From positions 23,436,001 to 23,500,000 of the forward strand of contig OX597828.1 of the NCBI GenBank assembly GCA_951406725.2: 64,000 nucleotides of DNA, in the 5' to 3' direction. Source of the stretch: Octopus vulgaris. Its lineage: Eukaryota. A program made the translations under genes and the position numbers. Each line of letters begins with the position of its first letter. The stretch's first letter is position 1. Below are positions 1 to 11,110 of the stretch, piece by piece. Under the pieces are notes generated by a model. That model saw only the letters and a program-made list of their open reading frames with translations, made no database searches and was not told the origin of the DNA.

Positions 1-18
1 TTTTCATATTATTATCAT

Positions 19-59
<41 letters not shown>

Positions 60-145
60 TTATTATTATTATTATTATTAATTTTTTTATATTATTATTA
101 CTACAACTACTACTACTTCTACTACTATTATTATTATTATTATTA

Positions 146-213
<68 letters not shown>

Positions 214-216
<3 letters not shown>

Positions 217-698
217 TAGTTTTATTTTTATAGCGTGCTTTCACTTCACTACCAAGCGCAGCTGTGTGCCTTGGGTATGTGCTGTGATTTGTTGTGATGC
301 TCTGATGGTTATTGTATGGAAAGTGTTCTGCGTAGGATGTGTGCAGTGCCTAGTAGTGCAATTTTCTGTATGTTATATGTGTTTGTAAGTCCTGGTGTTT
401 TTGTTATGTATTTGTCTGAATATTTTTTTATCATGCCTAATGCACCTGCTATGATAGGAATTGTTTCTGTTTTTAGATTCCACATTTTGGTTACCTCTAT
501 TTCTAGGTCTTTGTATTTTGAAATTTTCTCCATTTCTTTTAGAGACACGTTGTCATCTGCCGGTATTGATACATCAATTAGAAAGCATTTTTTTCTTCAT
601 GATCTCTGACAACTATATCTGGTCTGTTGGCCTTAATTTCTCTATCTGTGTGTATCGGCATATCCCAGATTATGGTTACCTTCTCGTTTTCTGTGACC
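214..698 (-). mobile_element. 5'-truncated R4/Dong-clade non-LTR retrotransposon (RLE domain and 3' UTR)
   Basis: Peptides ENEKVTIIWDMPIHTDREIKANRPDIVV, KISKYKDLEIEVTKMW and IQKIALLGTAHILRRTLS. (AAT)n on both sides. Near-identical to 57922-58207. Confidence 0.9.
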
Positions 699-734
<36 letters not shown>

Positions 735-743
735 TTATTATTA

Positions 744-1125
744 TACAATTGTTCAATTGCTAGGGTGCGTGCAGCATTGTGTGAGCTTTTCTGTTGTTGG
801 GAGTGCACAACCTCTTCTCGGTATTATATTATGATAGTTTTTTCTCTTTTTTCTCTTGAGGTGTGGTGCAGCCTTTTGCTGTATTACTGCTTGTATTGTG
901 TGCTGAGGGTGTAATGCGTTGGTTATCCAGGCTGCTGGTGGAAGTTTCTTTCGTTCGATAATTGCTGTATAGAGTGAGTCTTCTCTTTCGGGATTGTTTC
1001 GTTTAGATTGTATTATCGAATAGATAGTCTTTTGCATAGGATATGGGCTGTTTCTAGCACGACTAGTTCTTGGATAGTGTGAAGTGTTGAGGATCCATGT
1101 ATAGCTTCTAAGTTTTTGCTCATTG

Positions 1126-1126
<1 letters not shown>
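744..1126 (-). mobile_element. R4/Dong-clade 3' fragment, second subfamily
   Basis: C-terminal KNLEAIHGSSTLHTIQELVVLETAHILCKRLSIR-stop followed by a distinct 3' UTR. (AAT)n on both sides. Confidence 0.75.
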
Positions 1127-1156
<30 letters not shown>

Positions 1157-1184
1157 CATTATTATTATTATTATTATTCTGCCA

Positions 1185-1416
1185 GACGGCGAGCTGGCAG
1201 AAACGTTTGGCCGTCGGGCGAAATGCTTAGCGGTATTTCGTCTGCCGTTACGTTCTGAGTTCAAAGTCCGTCGAGATCAGCTTTGCCTTTCATCCTTTCG
1301 GGGTCGATTAAATAACTACCAGTAACGCACTGGGGACGATATAATCGACTTAATCCGTTTGTCTGTCTTTGTTTGTCATCTCCGTGTTTAGCCCCTTGTG
1401 GGTAGTAAGGAAATAT

Positions 1417-1418
<2 letters not shown>
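1185..1418 (+). mobile_element. SINE with Meta-SINE-like central domain (family M)
   Basis: gagctggcagaaacg...gagttcaaa...cctttcatcctttcggggtcgattaaataactaccag. Many further copies in the window. Confidence 0.8.
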
Positions 1419-1459
<41 letters not shown>

Positions 1460-1679
1460 CATCGTCATCATCATTATTATTGTTGTTGTTGTTTTTGTTG
1501 TTATTATTGTTATTGTCGTCGTTGTTGTTGTTAGAGCGTTGTTGTTAGAGCGTTGAGCTAGCAGAACATTTAGTTCGCCAGCCAAATGCTTAGTTCAAAT
1601 TCCACCGAAGTCGATTTTACCTTTTATCCTTTCGCGATCCATAAAGTACCAGTCAAATACTAGGGCGCAGCCTTTCTTC

Positions 1680-1800
1680 CCCCAGAGGTATCACTTGCCC
1701 ACAGCCCGCAGACTCAGGTGCGGCTTGTTTAATGATCATGCTTCAAGGACCCTTCGGAGATCTCTTGCTATTCGAAGCAATGATAATATTTGTCGGGGTT
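1680..1800 (-). mobile_element. Decayed R4/Dong-like 3' end
   Basis: LSLLRIARDLRRVLEA-stop followed by a stem-loop like that of the other copies. Confidence 0.5.
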
Positions 1801-2033
1801 CTTTCGTTACAGCTGTACCACTCTTGAAACCTTGTGCCGTCCTTGCCGCTATTGTGATGGATTTACGGGGTAAATATGCAGCGTTTTAGGCAATTAAGCG
1901 ATTAATTAATCTGATAACAATAAGAATTGATGCACTCTGGTATTTCGGTATTTACGTTCTGATTTCAAATTACGCCGAGGTCGAATTTACTTTTCATCCT
2001 TTTGGGGTTGATAAATTAAGTCGATGCAATCAT

Positions 2034-2034
<1 letters not shown>

Positions 2035-2094
<60 letters not shown>

Positions 2095-2095
2095 C

Positions 2096-2159
<64 letters not shown>

Positions 2160-2163
2160 CAGT

Positions 2164-2243
<80 letters not shown>

Positions 2244-2698
2244 CAGCAGCAGCAAGGATGTGAGCTGGACAAAATGCTTAGCGGCATTTCGTCCAACTTG
2301 ACATCCTGAGTTCACATTCGACTAAGGAGAACGTTAGCTTTCAAACTTTTGGAGAAATACAGTACCGATCAAGTCCTGCTGCCGATCAAGTCGCTGGCTT
2401 CCGACAAAATTTGAAGCCATTGTTGTTGTTGTTGTTGTTGTTGTTCTTCTTCTTCTTCTTCTTCTTCTTCTTCTTCTTCTTCTTCTTCTTCTTCTTCTTC
2501 TTCTTCTTCTTCTACGTCTTCCTCTTCGTCTTCGTCTTCGACTTCTTCTTAAGAAGAAGAAGATTCTTCTTCTTCTTCTTCTTCTTCTTCTTCTTCTTCT
2601 TCTTCTTCTTCTTCTTCTTCTTCTTCTTCTCCTTCGTCTTCGTCTTCGTCTTCGTTTTCTTCTTCAACTTCTCTTTCTTCTTCTTCTTCTTCTTCTTC

Positions 2699-2759
<61 letters not shown>

Positions 2760-2792
2760 CATTATTATTATTATTACTTCAATTATCATCAC

Positions 2793-2842
<50 letters not shown>

Positions 2843-3074
2843 ACATCGCCATCAGCGCTGTTTGTTTTTGTTACTGTTTTTGAAGTCATTTTTCTCTGTA
2901 TGACTGTATTTTCCTGCTATTGCTGTCGCTATTAGCTTCATCCTCATCATCATCATCGTTGCCATCGTCGTCATCGTCGTCGTTATCATCACCTTCATCC
3001 TGATCCACATCCTCATCCATCATCACCATCATCACCGGAGACATCGTCATCATCGTCATCGTCATCATCACCAT

Positions 3075-3112
<38 letters not shown>

Positions 3113-3241
3113 CCGTCATCATCACCCTCCTCATCGACATTATCATCATCGTCATCATCGTCATCATCTTCGTCGTCATCATCGTCATCATCGTCGTCGT
3201 CATCATCGTAATCGTCATCATCATTATCATCACCATAATCC

Positions 3242-3280
<39 letters not shown>

Positions 3281-3570
3281 CCGTCATCATCACCCTCTTC
3301 ATCGTCATTATCATCATCGTCATTATCTTCGTCGTCATCATCGTCAACATCGTCATCATCGTCGTCGTCGTATTCATCGCTTTCGTTGTTCCTGTTATCA
3401 ATACCATTTCGTGAATCTGGTTGTTATTTATAAAATCTTTTTGCATTGCAGTTATTTTTACCATCGACACAATCATCATCATCATCACCAACCTCCATCA
3501 TCATCATCATCATCATCATCAACATCATAATCATTATCATCATAATCATAAGCATCATCATCATCATCAT
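2035..3570. repeat. Compound trinucleotide microsatellites (AGT/AGC, TTG, TTC, ATT, ATC/GTC)
   Basis: Read directly. Includes an imperfect higher-order duplication of about 170 bp within 3060-3370. Confidence 0.95.
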
Positions 3571-4348
3571 CGCTGGTGTAATTCCTGTTGGTTTCTTTTT
3601 TCATCGTTTTCTTGTACTTGCTGTTCCAGTTTTTATTTTTATGAGGTGTTTGTTGTGTTAGAGTTTTGCTGGTTTTTCTACTTTATTTTTTATGTGTTTT
3701 TCTTCTTTAATTTTCTTATTGGCGTTATTTGTTTCAGTCTGTATTGGTTTGCTTTTTCATCGTGTTTGCGATATAACTTCTTCAAATCTTACAATGCCAA
3801 TAACGGTTTCTTTCCAGAAGCTGTTAAGTTTGTTTATAATAACAGCAAAAAGAAAAAAAAATGAAAAATATAAAGCAACATACAAAACAAAAGAAGAACA
3901 CACAAACACAAACCTACAAAACAACACAAAAATTCTATATAAATAACGAGTTTTATATTTTTGTTTTAAATATTTCACAGAAATGTAGGGTAGTAGAAAA
4001 TAAATTAATAAAAGCACAAAACAAAAAAAAAAAGCAAATAAAAATCAAATATATCATAAAATAATAAACATGATGGGAACGACAATAACGGGAATATTGG
4101 TAAGGAAATTACCTCCCCTTACATCCTTCTCGCCATAAAGAAAAAAACTAAAAAACAGAAAAGAAAACACAGGGAATATAACAAAACGAATACAAGTGTC
4201 AGCCTTTGCTGTGAAATCGATAAAACGTTTGAAAAACCAGTTAAGTGATAGTTTGTGCTGAAGGCTGAAACGATACAGAATTAAATAAGGAAGAATCAGA
4301 CAATCTCTGGACAATGGAATGATGATGATGATGATAATAATAATAATA

Positions 4349-4396
<48 letters not shown>

Positions 4397-4403
4397 GTTA
4401 TTA

Positions 4404-4509
<106 letters not shown>

Positions 4510-4519
4510 GATGATTACA

Positions 4520-4700
4520 AATTTTGGCGCAAGGGCAGCAATTTCATCAACCCCAGTACTCAACCGGTACATAATTTGTCGACCCCGAAATGATGATGGC
4601 AATGCTGACCTCGGCGTAATTTGAACACAGAACGTAAAGACGGACGAAATGCCGCTAAGCAATTCGCCCGGCGTACAAACGATTCTGCCAGCTCACCGCT
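4520..4700 (-). mobile_element. Family M SINE
   Basis: Reverse-complement similarity to 1185-1418. Confidence 0.75.
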
Positions 4701-4730
4701 TTATACAATAATGATAATGATAATAATAAC

Positions 4731-4783
<53 letters not shown>

Positions 4784-4784
<1 letters not shown>

Positions 4785-4968
4785 TTCTGGAGAAATACGT
4801 GAAACAAATAGGGGCTGCAAAAAACGAGAAGCACTTTTAGAAAACAGCACTGCTTGGAATCGCTCGAATATTCCGGATGGTGCTCAAAAACTAAGAGGTG
4901 TTAGCTTAGTTCACTGGTAGTGAACAGCTGACACCGCGGTACATCTCCAGCGATAGAAGCTGCGCAAA
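4784..4968 (+). mobile_element. R4/Dong-clade 3' fragment after (AAT)n, interrupted by a SINE
   Basis: LLEKYVKQIGAAKNEKHF*KTALLGIARIFRMVLKN-stop, then 3' UTR with hairpin GTTCAC-TGGTA-GTGAAC. Confidence 0.7.
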
Positions 4969-5272
4969 GGCACATGGCCTAGTGGTTAGAGCAGCGGACT
5001 CGCGGTCGAAAGATCGCAGGTTCGAATCTCAGACAGGGTGATGTGTGTGTTTATGAGCGAAACACCTAAGCTCCACGCGGCTCTGGCAGAAGGTAATGTC
5101 GAACTTCTGCTGACTCCATCACCACAACTTTCTCTCACTCATTCCTCATGCATCTTGCAGCTCACCTGCGACGGACCGCCGTCCCGTCCGGGTGGGGAAT
5201 CTATTCGCCAAGGAAGCCGGGAAACCGGCCCTTATGAGCCAGGCGTGGCTCGAGAAGGAACAAACAAAACAA
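4969..5272 (+). mobile_element. tRNA-derived SINE (head type R, tail 1)
   Basis: A box tggcctagtgg and B box ggttcgaatct. Central gagcgaaacacctaagctccacg is shared with 15518 and 60213. Confidence 0.85.
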
Positions 5273-5324
5273 AGACAATAAAAGAGTAATAATAATCCTT
5301 TCTACTAAATGCACAAATTCTGAA

Positions 5325-5646
5325 AATTATTCACAAAAATTTTTGAAAAATTTCTTGAGAATTTTCCCCAAAAATTTTCGAAATAGTTTTTCGAAACTTT
5401 TCAGCAAAATTTTGAAAATATTTTTTGAAAATCTTTTGAAAATTTTCCCCAAAAATTTTTGAAAAAGTTTTTCGAAACTATTCATCAAAATTTTGGAAAA
5501 AAGCTTTTAAAAATCTTTTGAAAATTGTTCCCAAAAATTTTTCAAAAATTTTTTGAAACTTTTCCCCAAAATTTTAGAAAACTTTTTTGAAAATTTTCCC
5601 TAAAAATTTTTGAAAAGGTTTTCGATAATTTTCCGAAAAATTTTTA
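5325..5646. repeat. Degenerate A/T-tract tandem repeat
   Basis: Repeated ttttgaaaaattttccccaaaaa-like units. Confidence 0.8.
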
Positions 5647-6431
5647 ATCTCTTTCGGGACTCCTCTTTGATCTCTTTCAGGACTCTTCTTTGATCTCTTT
5701 CGGCACCCTCTTTGATCTCTTTCGGGACTCTTCTTTGATCTCTTTCGGCACTCTCTTTGATATCTTTCAGAACTCCTCTTTGATCTCTTTCGGCACCGTC
5801 TTTGATCTCTTTCGGGATTCCTCTTTGATTTCTTTCGGCACCCTCTTTGATCTCTTTCGGGACCCTCTTTGATCTATTTCGGTAACTTCTCTTTGATCTC
5901 TTTCGGGACTCATCTTTGATCTCTTTCGGGACTCCACTTTGATCTCTTTCGGGACTCCTCTTTGATCTCTTTCAGGACTCCTCTTTGATCTCTTTCGGGA
6001 CTCTTCTTTGATCTCTTTCGGGACCCTCTTTGATCTCTTTCGGAACTCCTCTTTGATCACTTTCGGCACCCTCTTTGATCTCTTTCGGGACTCCTCTTTC
6101 ATCTCTTTCGGCACCCTCTTTGATCTCTTTCGGGACTCTTCTTTGATCTCTTTCGAGACTCCTCTTTGATCTCTTTCGGGACTCCTCTTTGGTCTCTTTC
6201 GGGACTCCTCTTTGATCTCTTTCGGGACTCTTCTTTGATCTTTTTCGGGACCCTCTTTGATATCTTTCGGCACCCTCTTTGATCTCTTTCGGAACTCCTC
6301 TTTCATCCCTTTCGGGACTCCTCTTTGTTCTGTTTCGGGACTCCTCTTTGATCTCTTTCGGGACTCCTCTTTGATCTCTTTCGGGACTCTTCTTTGATCT
6401 CTTTCGGCACCCTCTTTGATCTCTTTCGGCA
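5647..6431. repeat. Minisatellite, 21-23 bp unit GATCTCTTTCGGGACTCCTCTTT, roughly 35 copies
   Basis: Read directly. Variants with GGCACC, GGAACT and GGGACC. Confidence 0.95.
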
Positions 6432-6771
6432 TAACCGTACCCTTCTTGTTGACTACAATTTTTTCAATTATATATTCACACACGACAGATGCCCAAACGC
6501 AAGCCTTGAAATACATATAATACTACTACTGGAAAGCACAGTTTAAATGTGAAAGTGGACGAGCGAGCTTTATACTGTATTCTACTATGTTCTTAACAGA
6601 ATATACTATAATTTTATATATACATATATAAGACATATATTATGTCAACCAGATATACTCACAAGTCTTTGGTCGGCCCGAGTCTATAGCAGAAGACACT
6701 TGCCCAAGGTCTCACGCAATAGTACTGATCCCAGAACCATGTGGTTGGGAATACATATATATTTATATCTA

Positions 6772-8011
6772 TCTGTATATATATATATACGGCAAGATGT
6801 GTGTGTGTGTGTGTACGTGATTGTAGTTTATGCACATCCAAGAATTAGCACGCATTTAGGAGGACATTCGTCAACATCCTATCTGGGTTACGTCAACTTA
6901 TCTTTTACCCGAGGCCCCCGCGGATAGCGGTAAAAATATATTTTCAGCCATAACTCTTAGCGGTGAAAATCTATTTTCAGCCATAGCTTTTTGACGGCGT
7001 CTAACAAAAAAAAAGCAAGATAAAGAAAAGTGGAAGAAGAGAGGCAGAGAGTTTCACGGGAAAGACAAAGTGACAGATGGAGAGAGAGTAAGTGACGACG
7101 TTCCTAAAAATCTATTTTCAGCCATAGCTTTCTTACGGCGTCTAACAAAAAAAAACAAGATAAAGAAAAGTGGCAGAGAAGTAGAGAGTTTCACGGGAAA
7201 GACAAAGTGAGAGAGGGAGAGAGAGTAAGTGACGACGTTCATAAGATATAAAATGTAAAATGTTTTGTCTTTTCTTAAACACGAGATATAGTGTTCAAAT
7301 TCAGGATGTTTTTGAAAGACACTATATTTTATAATCTTAGTATATATATTTTCTCACACAACAATTACAATATATTTATTTTAAATCATTTATTTATTTT
7401 AAATCGTTCATCTTTCTCCCCCCCCCGCTCTCTCTCACACACATTACTTTGGGTGCGAAAGAGTTTTGTTCTTATTTTACCCCGAGTAAAAAAGTGTTTT
7501 GTTGACAATCCATTTATTTAACAACAAAGAAACAAAGAGGTGAGTAGCAATTTGTCAGTGAATTGCACAATATAAATGGGTACAATTTCCGAGGCTTCCA
7601 CCACACCCACCCCGTTTCACGGACCACAAAAGTGTTTTGCAGCATATTTGGAGGCCAGATTAGTTGATTCCACGCAAAAAAAAACGATTATTCTTCTTAG
7701 TGAAAATCGTGCGATTGTTAATCTACAAATTTAACAATATTTTCCCATTCATTTCTGTTTATAAACATGTATGCATGCACAAAACATGCAATAGTTGTAC
7801 GTACGTACATGTGTGTTCGTGTCTGTTGCCCATATATATTTATATTATATTATATACATATAATATATATAATATATATATATAATATAACCAATTTCAA
7901 CGGATTTTGCCCAAATTTGACGTCGATATGACTTAGTTTGGTTTGAAATAAAGAACTTGATTAGCTTAATAATCGTAACTTAATCCCGGGCAAGGCCGGG
8001 TTATACTGCTA

Positions 8012-8012
<1 letters not shown>
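6772..8012 (+). mobile_element. Non-autonomous Helitron-like element
   Basis: 5' A|TC..tatatatacggcaagatgtgtg. 3' hairpin cccgg-gcaagg-ccggg then CTAG|T at 8009-8012. No TSD. Internal direct repeat of about 140 bp (6966-7105, 7107-7240). Confidence 0.8.
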
Positions 8013-8080
<68 letters not shown>

Positions 8081-8082
<2 letters not shown>

Positions 8083-8190
8083 AAATGTGACAAGAACGCA
8101 AAACATTCAAATAGATGATACAAAAAACACGGACGGGTCATTCGAATCCTCTAATTTTCAGTCAAGAACCGGATCGTCCTCGCAATAAGT
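8081..8190. mobile_element. Short insert within a (TA)n array, probable Penelope-like terminal fragment
   Basis: About 110 bp of unique-looking sequence with TA arrays on both sides. Class inferred only from context. Confidence 0.4.
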
Positions 8191-8210
8191 ATATATATAT
8201 ACATATATAC

Positions 8211-8300
<90 letters not shown>

Positions 8301-8559
8301 AGAGAGAGAGCGAGAGAGAGAGAGAGACCTGTGTGTGTATGAGAGAGACGGCGAGAGAGCAATACACTATAAATATATATATTTATACGTATGTGTAAGT
8401 GTGGCACGTGTACACGTGTATGTGTTCTTTTCAATGCCACTCGACGAGTGTTTCGCTTGATTCATTCAATAAAACATCTTTTACGTAAAATTAACATGTA
8501 AGTGGATCAACACTCCACACTCCACACATAAACCCGGCCTAATGACTGACCATTAGAAA

Positions 8560-8820
8560 CATAGCCTCGGGCTGACCAAAGCCTTGTGGATGAATTTTGT
8601 AGACGGAAACTGAAAGAAGCCTTTGTGTGTGTCTGTGTTTGTCACCACCACCATCGCTTGACAACCGATGTTGGTGTGTTTACGTCCCCGTAACTAAGTG
8701 GTCAGACAAAATAGTCCGATAGATGAAGTAATAGGCTTATAAAGAATAAGTTCTAGAGTCGATTTGTTCAACTAAAGGCGGTGCTCCAGCATGACTGAAA
8801 AAGGGAAGAGGATAAGAAAA
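8560..8820 (+). mobile_element. Major SINE family (family O), 5'-truncated
   Basis: tagcctcgggctgaccaaagccttgtg...gacggaaactgaaagaagcc...ggcggtgctccagcatg. Confidence 0.85.
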
Positions 8821-9532
8821 TATGTATGCATGCGGGAATATTTGTATGTTTATGCATGTATCTGTAAGTATGGAGTTATGTGTGTATGCATATATGAATG
8901 TATTGTTTGTGTCGACGTAGGCGGTGGTGGTGTTGCTGGTGTTGGTGGTGCTGGTGGTGGTGTCAGCAGTAGTGGTTTGGTGGTGGTAGTGGGTTGGTGA
9001 TGATTGTAGCGGTGGTGGTGGTAGTGGTGGTGTTGGTGGTGGTGTTGGTGGTGGTGATGGTGGTAGTGGGTTGTTGTTGTTGGTGGTGGTGGTGGTTTGG
9101 TGGTGGTGGTGGTGGTGGTTTGGTGGTGGTGGTGGTGGTTTGGTGGTGGCGTGGTGGCGGTGGTGGCGGCAGCGGCGGCGGTGTTGGTGCTGGTGGTGTA
9201 GGTGGTGGTAGTGATGACGATGATGATGCTGCTGCTGCTGCTGCTGCTGCTGGTGATGATGATGATGATGCCGATGGTGGTGGTGATGGTGGTGGTGGTG
9301 GTGGTTATTGGTTCTGTTACTGTTGCTGACAATATCATCGCTTGCAATAGCGAAAACGAATATAAGAAATCGAACAAGGGTTTCTATAACATATATCTGC
9401 AGGGCACAATCTCAGAGAACAACGACCTTCGCGAAAAGAAAACTGATTTCTTATATTTGTATAAGTATGTTTAGCGATAATCTTTAACATGCCAAACCAA
9501 CAATTTCGGAAATTCTTTATATTTACATATAC

Positions 9533-9563
<31 letters not shown>

Positions 9564-9929
9564 TGTATGTATGTATGTATGTATGTATGTATGTATGTAT
9601 GTACGTATTATGTATGTATGTATGTATGTATGTATGTATGTATGTATGTACGTATTATGTATGTATGTATGTATGTATGTACTATTATGTATGTATGTAC
9701 GTATTATGTATGAATGTATGTATGTATGTATGTATGTACGTATTATGTATGTATGTATGTACGTATTATGTATGTATGTATGTATGTATGTATGTACGTA
9801 TGTATGTATGTATGTATGTATGTGTGTATGTATGTATGTATGTGTGTATGTATGTACGTATGTATGTATGCATGTATTATGTGTGTGTGTATATGTGAGT
9901 GTGTATGCGTGTGTGTGTGTGTATACGTG

Positions 9930-10258
9930 AAGGCGACATGGCTCAGTGGTTAGGGCGTCGGGGTCACAATCACCAGGTTTTGAGTTAGATTATTCGTTTC
10001 GGGCTGTGTGTGTTGTGATCTTAAGGAAGACGCTTTATTTAACGTTGCTCCGGTTCCACTCAGTTGTAGAAATGAGTTGCCAAGTTGCATCGGTCTTTGC
10101 CTTTTTCGTGGATGAACTCATTGACGTTCAGAAGGGCCGCTGGTATGCATGGGCGACTGCTGGTCATCCATAAACAACGTTACCCGGACTTTTGCCTAGG
10201 AGGATAACATTCTAGCTGCAATCTCATGGTCATACATGACTGAAGCGAGTCTTTACCC
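9930..10258 (+). mobile_element. tRNA-derived SINE (head/core type C, tail A)
   Basis: tggctcagtggttagggcg head. Same family as 21301-21615 on the opposite strand. Confidence 0.75.
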
Positions 10259-10277
10259 TATATATATATATATATAA

Positions 10278-10631
10278 GAGCAAAACACCCCCATCCAATG
10301 GACGTTGCTGAGTTGTCAAACATTTAAACCAAATTTTCTCAAAACAACATGTCCGATCATCCCATAGGCCTCCCCTTTGAGAAACCCTGAATTAACCTAA
10401 ATTTGAGACACCAGCAAAAGAGAAAATAAAGACTTTTTTTCTATTCCAAAGAAAAACGATTTCTCAATGCTTTATCGATCGCACTCTCACCTGGAATCGA
10501 TTTTTGTAATTTTTTCAAGACTTATTCACGCCCTGATACCGTCGGCATCTACATATCAAATTTGAGCGCAATCGGATGGAATGTTTCCAAGATCCAAGAA
10601 GCCACACACACACAACGAATTTTATATAAGA
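10278..10631 (-). mobile_element. Helitron/HINE-like 5' fragment
   Basis: Minus strand begins A|TCTTATATAAAATTCGTTGTGTGTG and contains ccgattgcgctcaaattt. Confidence 0.5.
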
Positions 10632-10641
10632 TATATATATG

Positions 10642-10677
<36 letters not shown>

Positions 10678-10699
10678 TATATATACATATATTCGCCAT

Positions 10700-10884
10700 G
10701 ATAGATCGCTAGCCAATGCACATTCTTTATTTTCTCTCCTTGTTTCTTTCTGTGTTCCTTTTTGTGGAAGTGCGTAGGCTCGAAACGTAAAAGACTTTTT
10801 CACATCCCGAGCGTTATACTAATACATCTGTTTGTTGTCTACACCACTTGTCTTCGTCTTTTGTTGTTGTTTTTTGTGAATTCT

Positions 10885-10888
<4 letters not shown>
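10700..10888 (+). mobile_element. Penelope-like terminal fragment in (TA)n with degenerate hammerhead-like motif
   Basis: cttt-ttgtggaa-gtgc-gtag-gctc-gaaac-gta-aaag. Related copy at 44407-44513. Confidence 0.55.
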
Positions 10889-10947
<59 letters not shown>

Positions 10948-10950
<3 letters not shown>

Positions 10951-11110
10951 TGTTGGGCGTAAGTCCGTTGATCCGCTAATCGTTCATTACCGAGGTTAAC
11001 GTTTTCGTTAACGATTTAACTCTTAGTTAACTTTGAAAATCAATATCGGACTAATTAACTTCCGTTACATTTCGCTTCCGTTAAACCAAAAATTTTATAA
11101 AAACCGATAA
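10948..11110. mobile_element. DNA-transposon terminus (hAT-like CAGTGTTGGG) with subterminal gttaac/ccgtta repeats
   Basis: Starts cagtgttgggcgtaag immediately after a TA array. No matching second TIR seen. Confidence 0.5.

Noticed and set aside
2886-3491. Met-rich or Asp-rich ORFs resembling acidic or reflectin-like proteins
   Set aside because: Degenerate ATC/GTC microsatellite. No reflectin motif and no exon boundaries.
5647-6431. CRISPR-like periodicity
   Set aside because: Contiguous tandem units without unique spacers, a eukaryotic context and no cas genes.
5767-6516. 249-aa K/E/R-rich ORF
   Set aside because: Translation of a minisatellite whose unit length varies (21-23 bp). No codon-level constraint or splice support.
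8850-9953. Long low-complexity ORFs (poly-T/H/P/G/V, MYVC repeats) here and throughout the window
   Set aside because: Direct translations of GGT, TATG, TA, AAT and GAA microsatellites.
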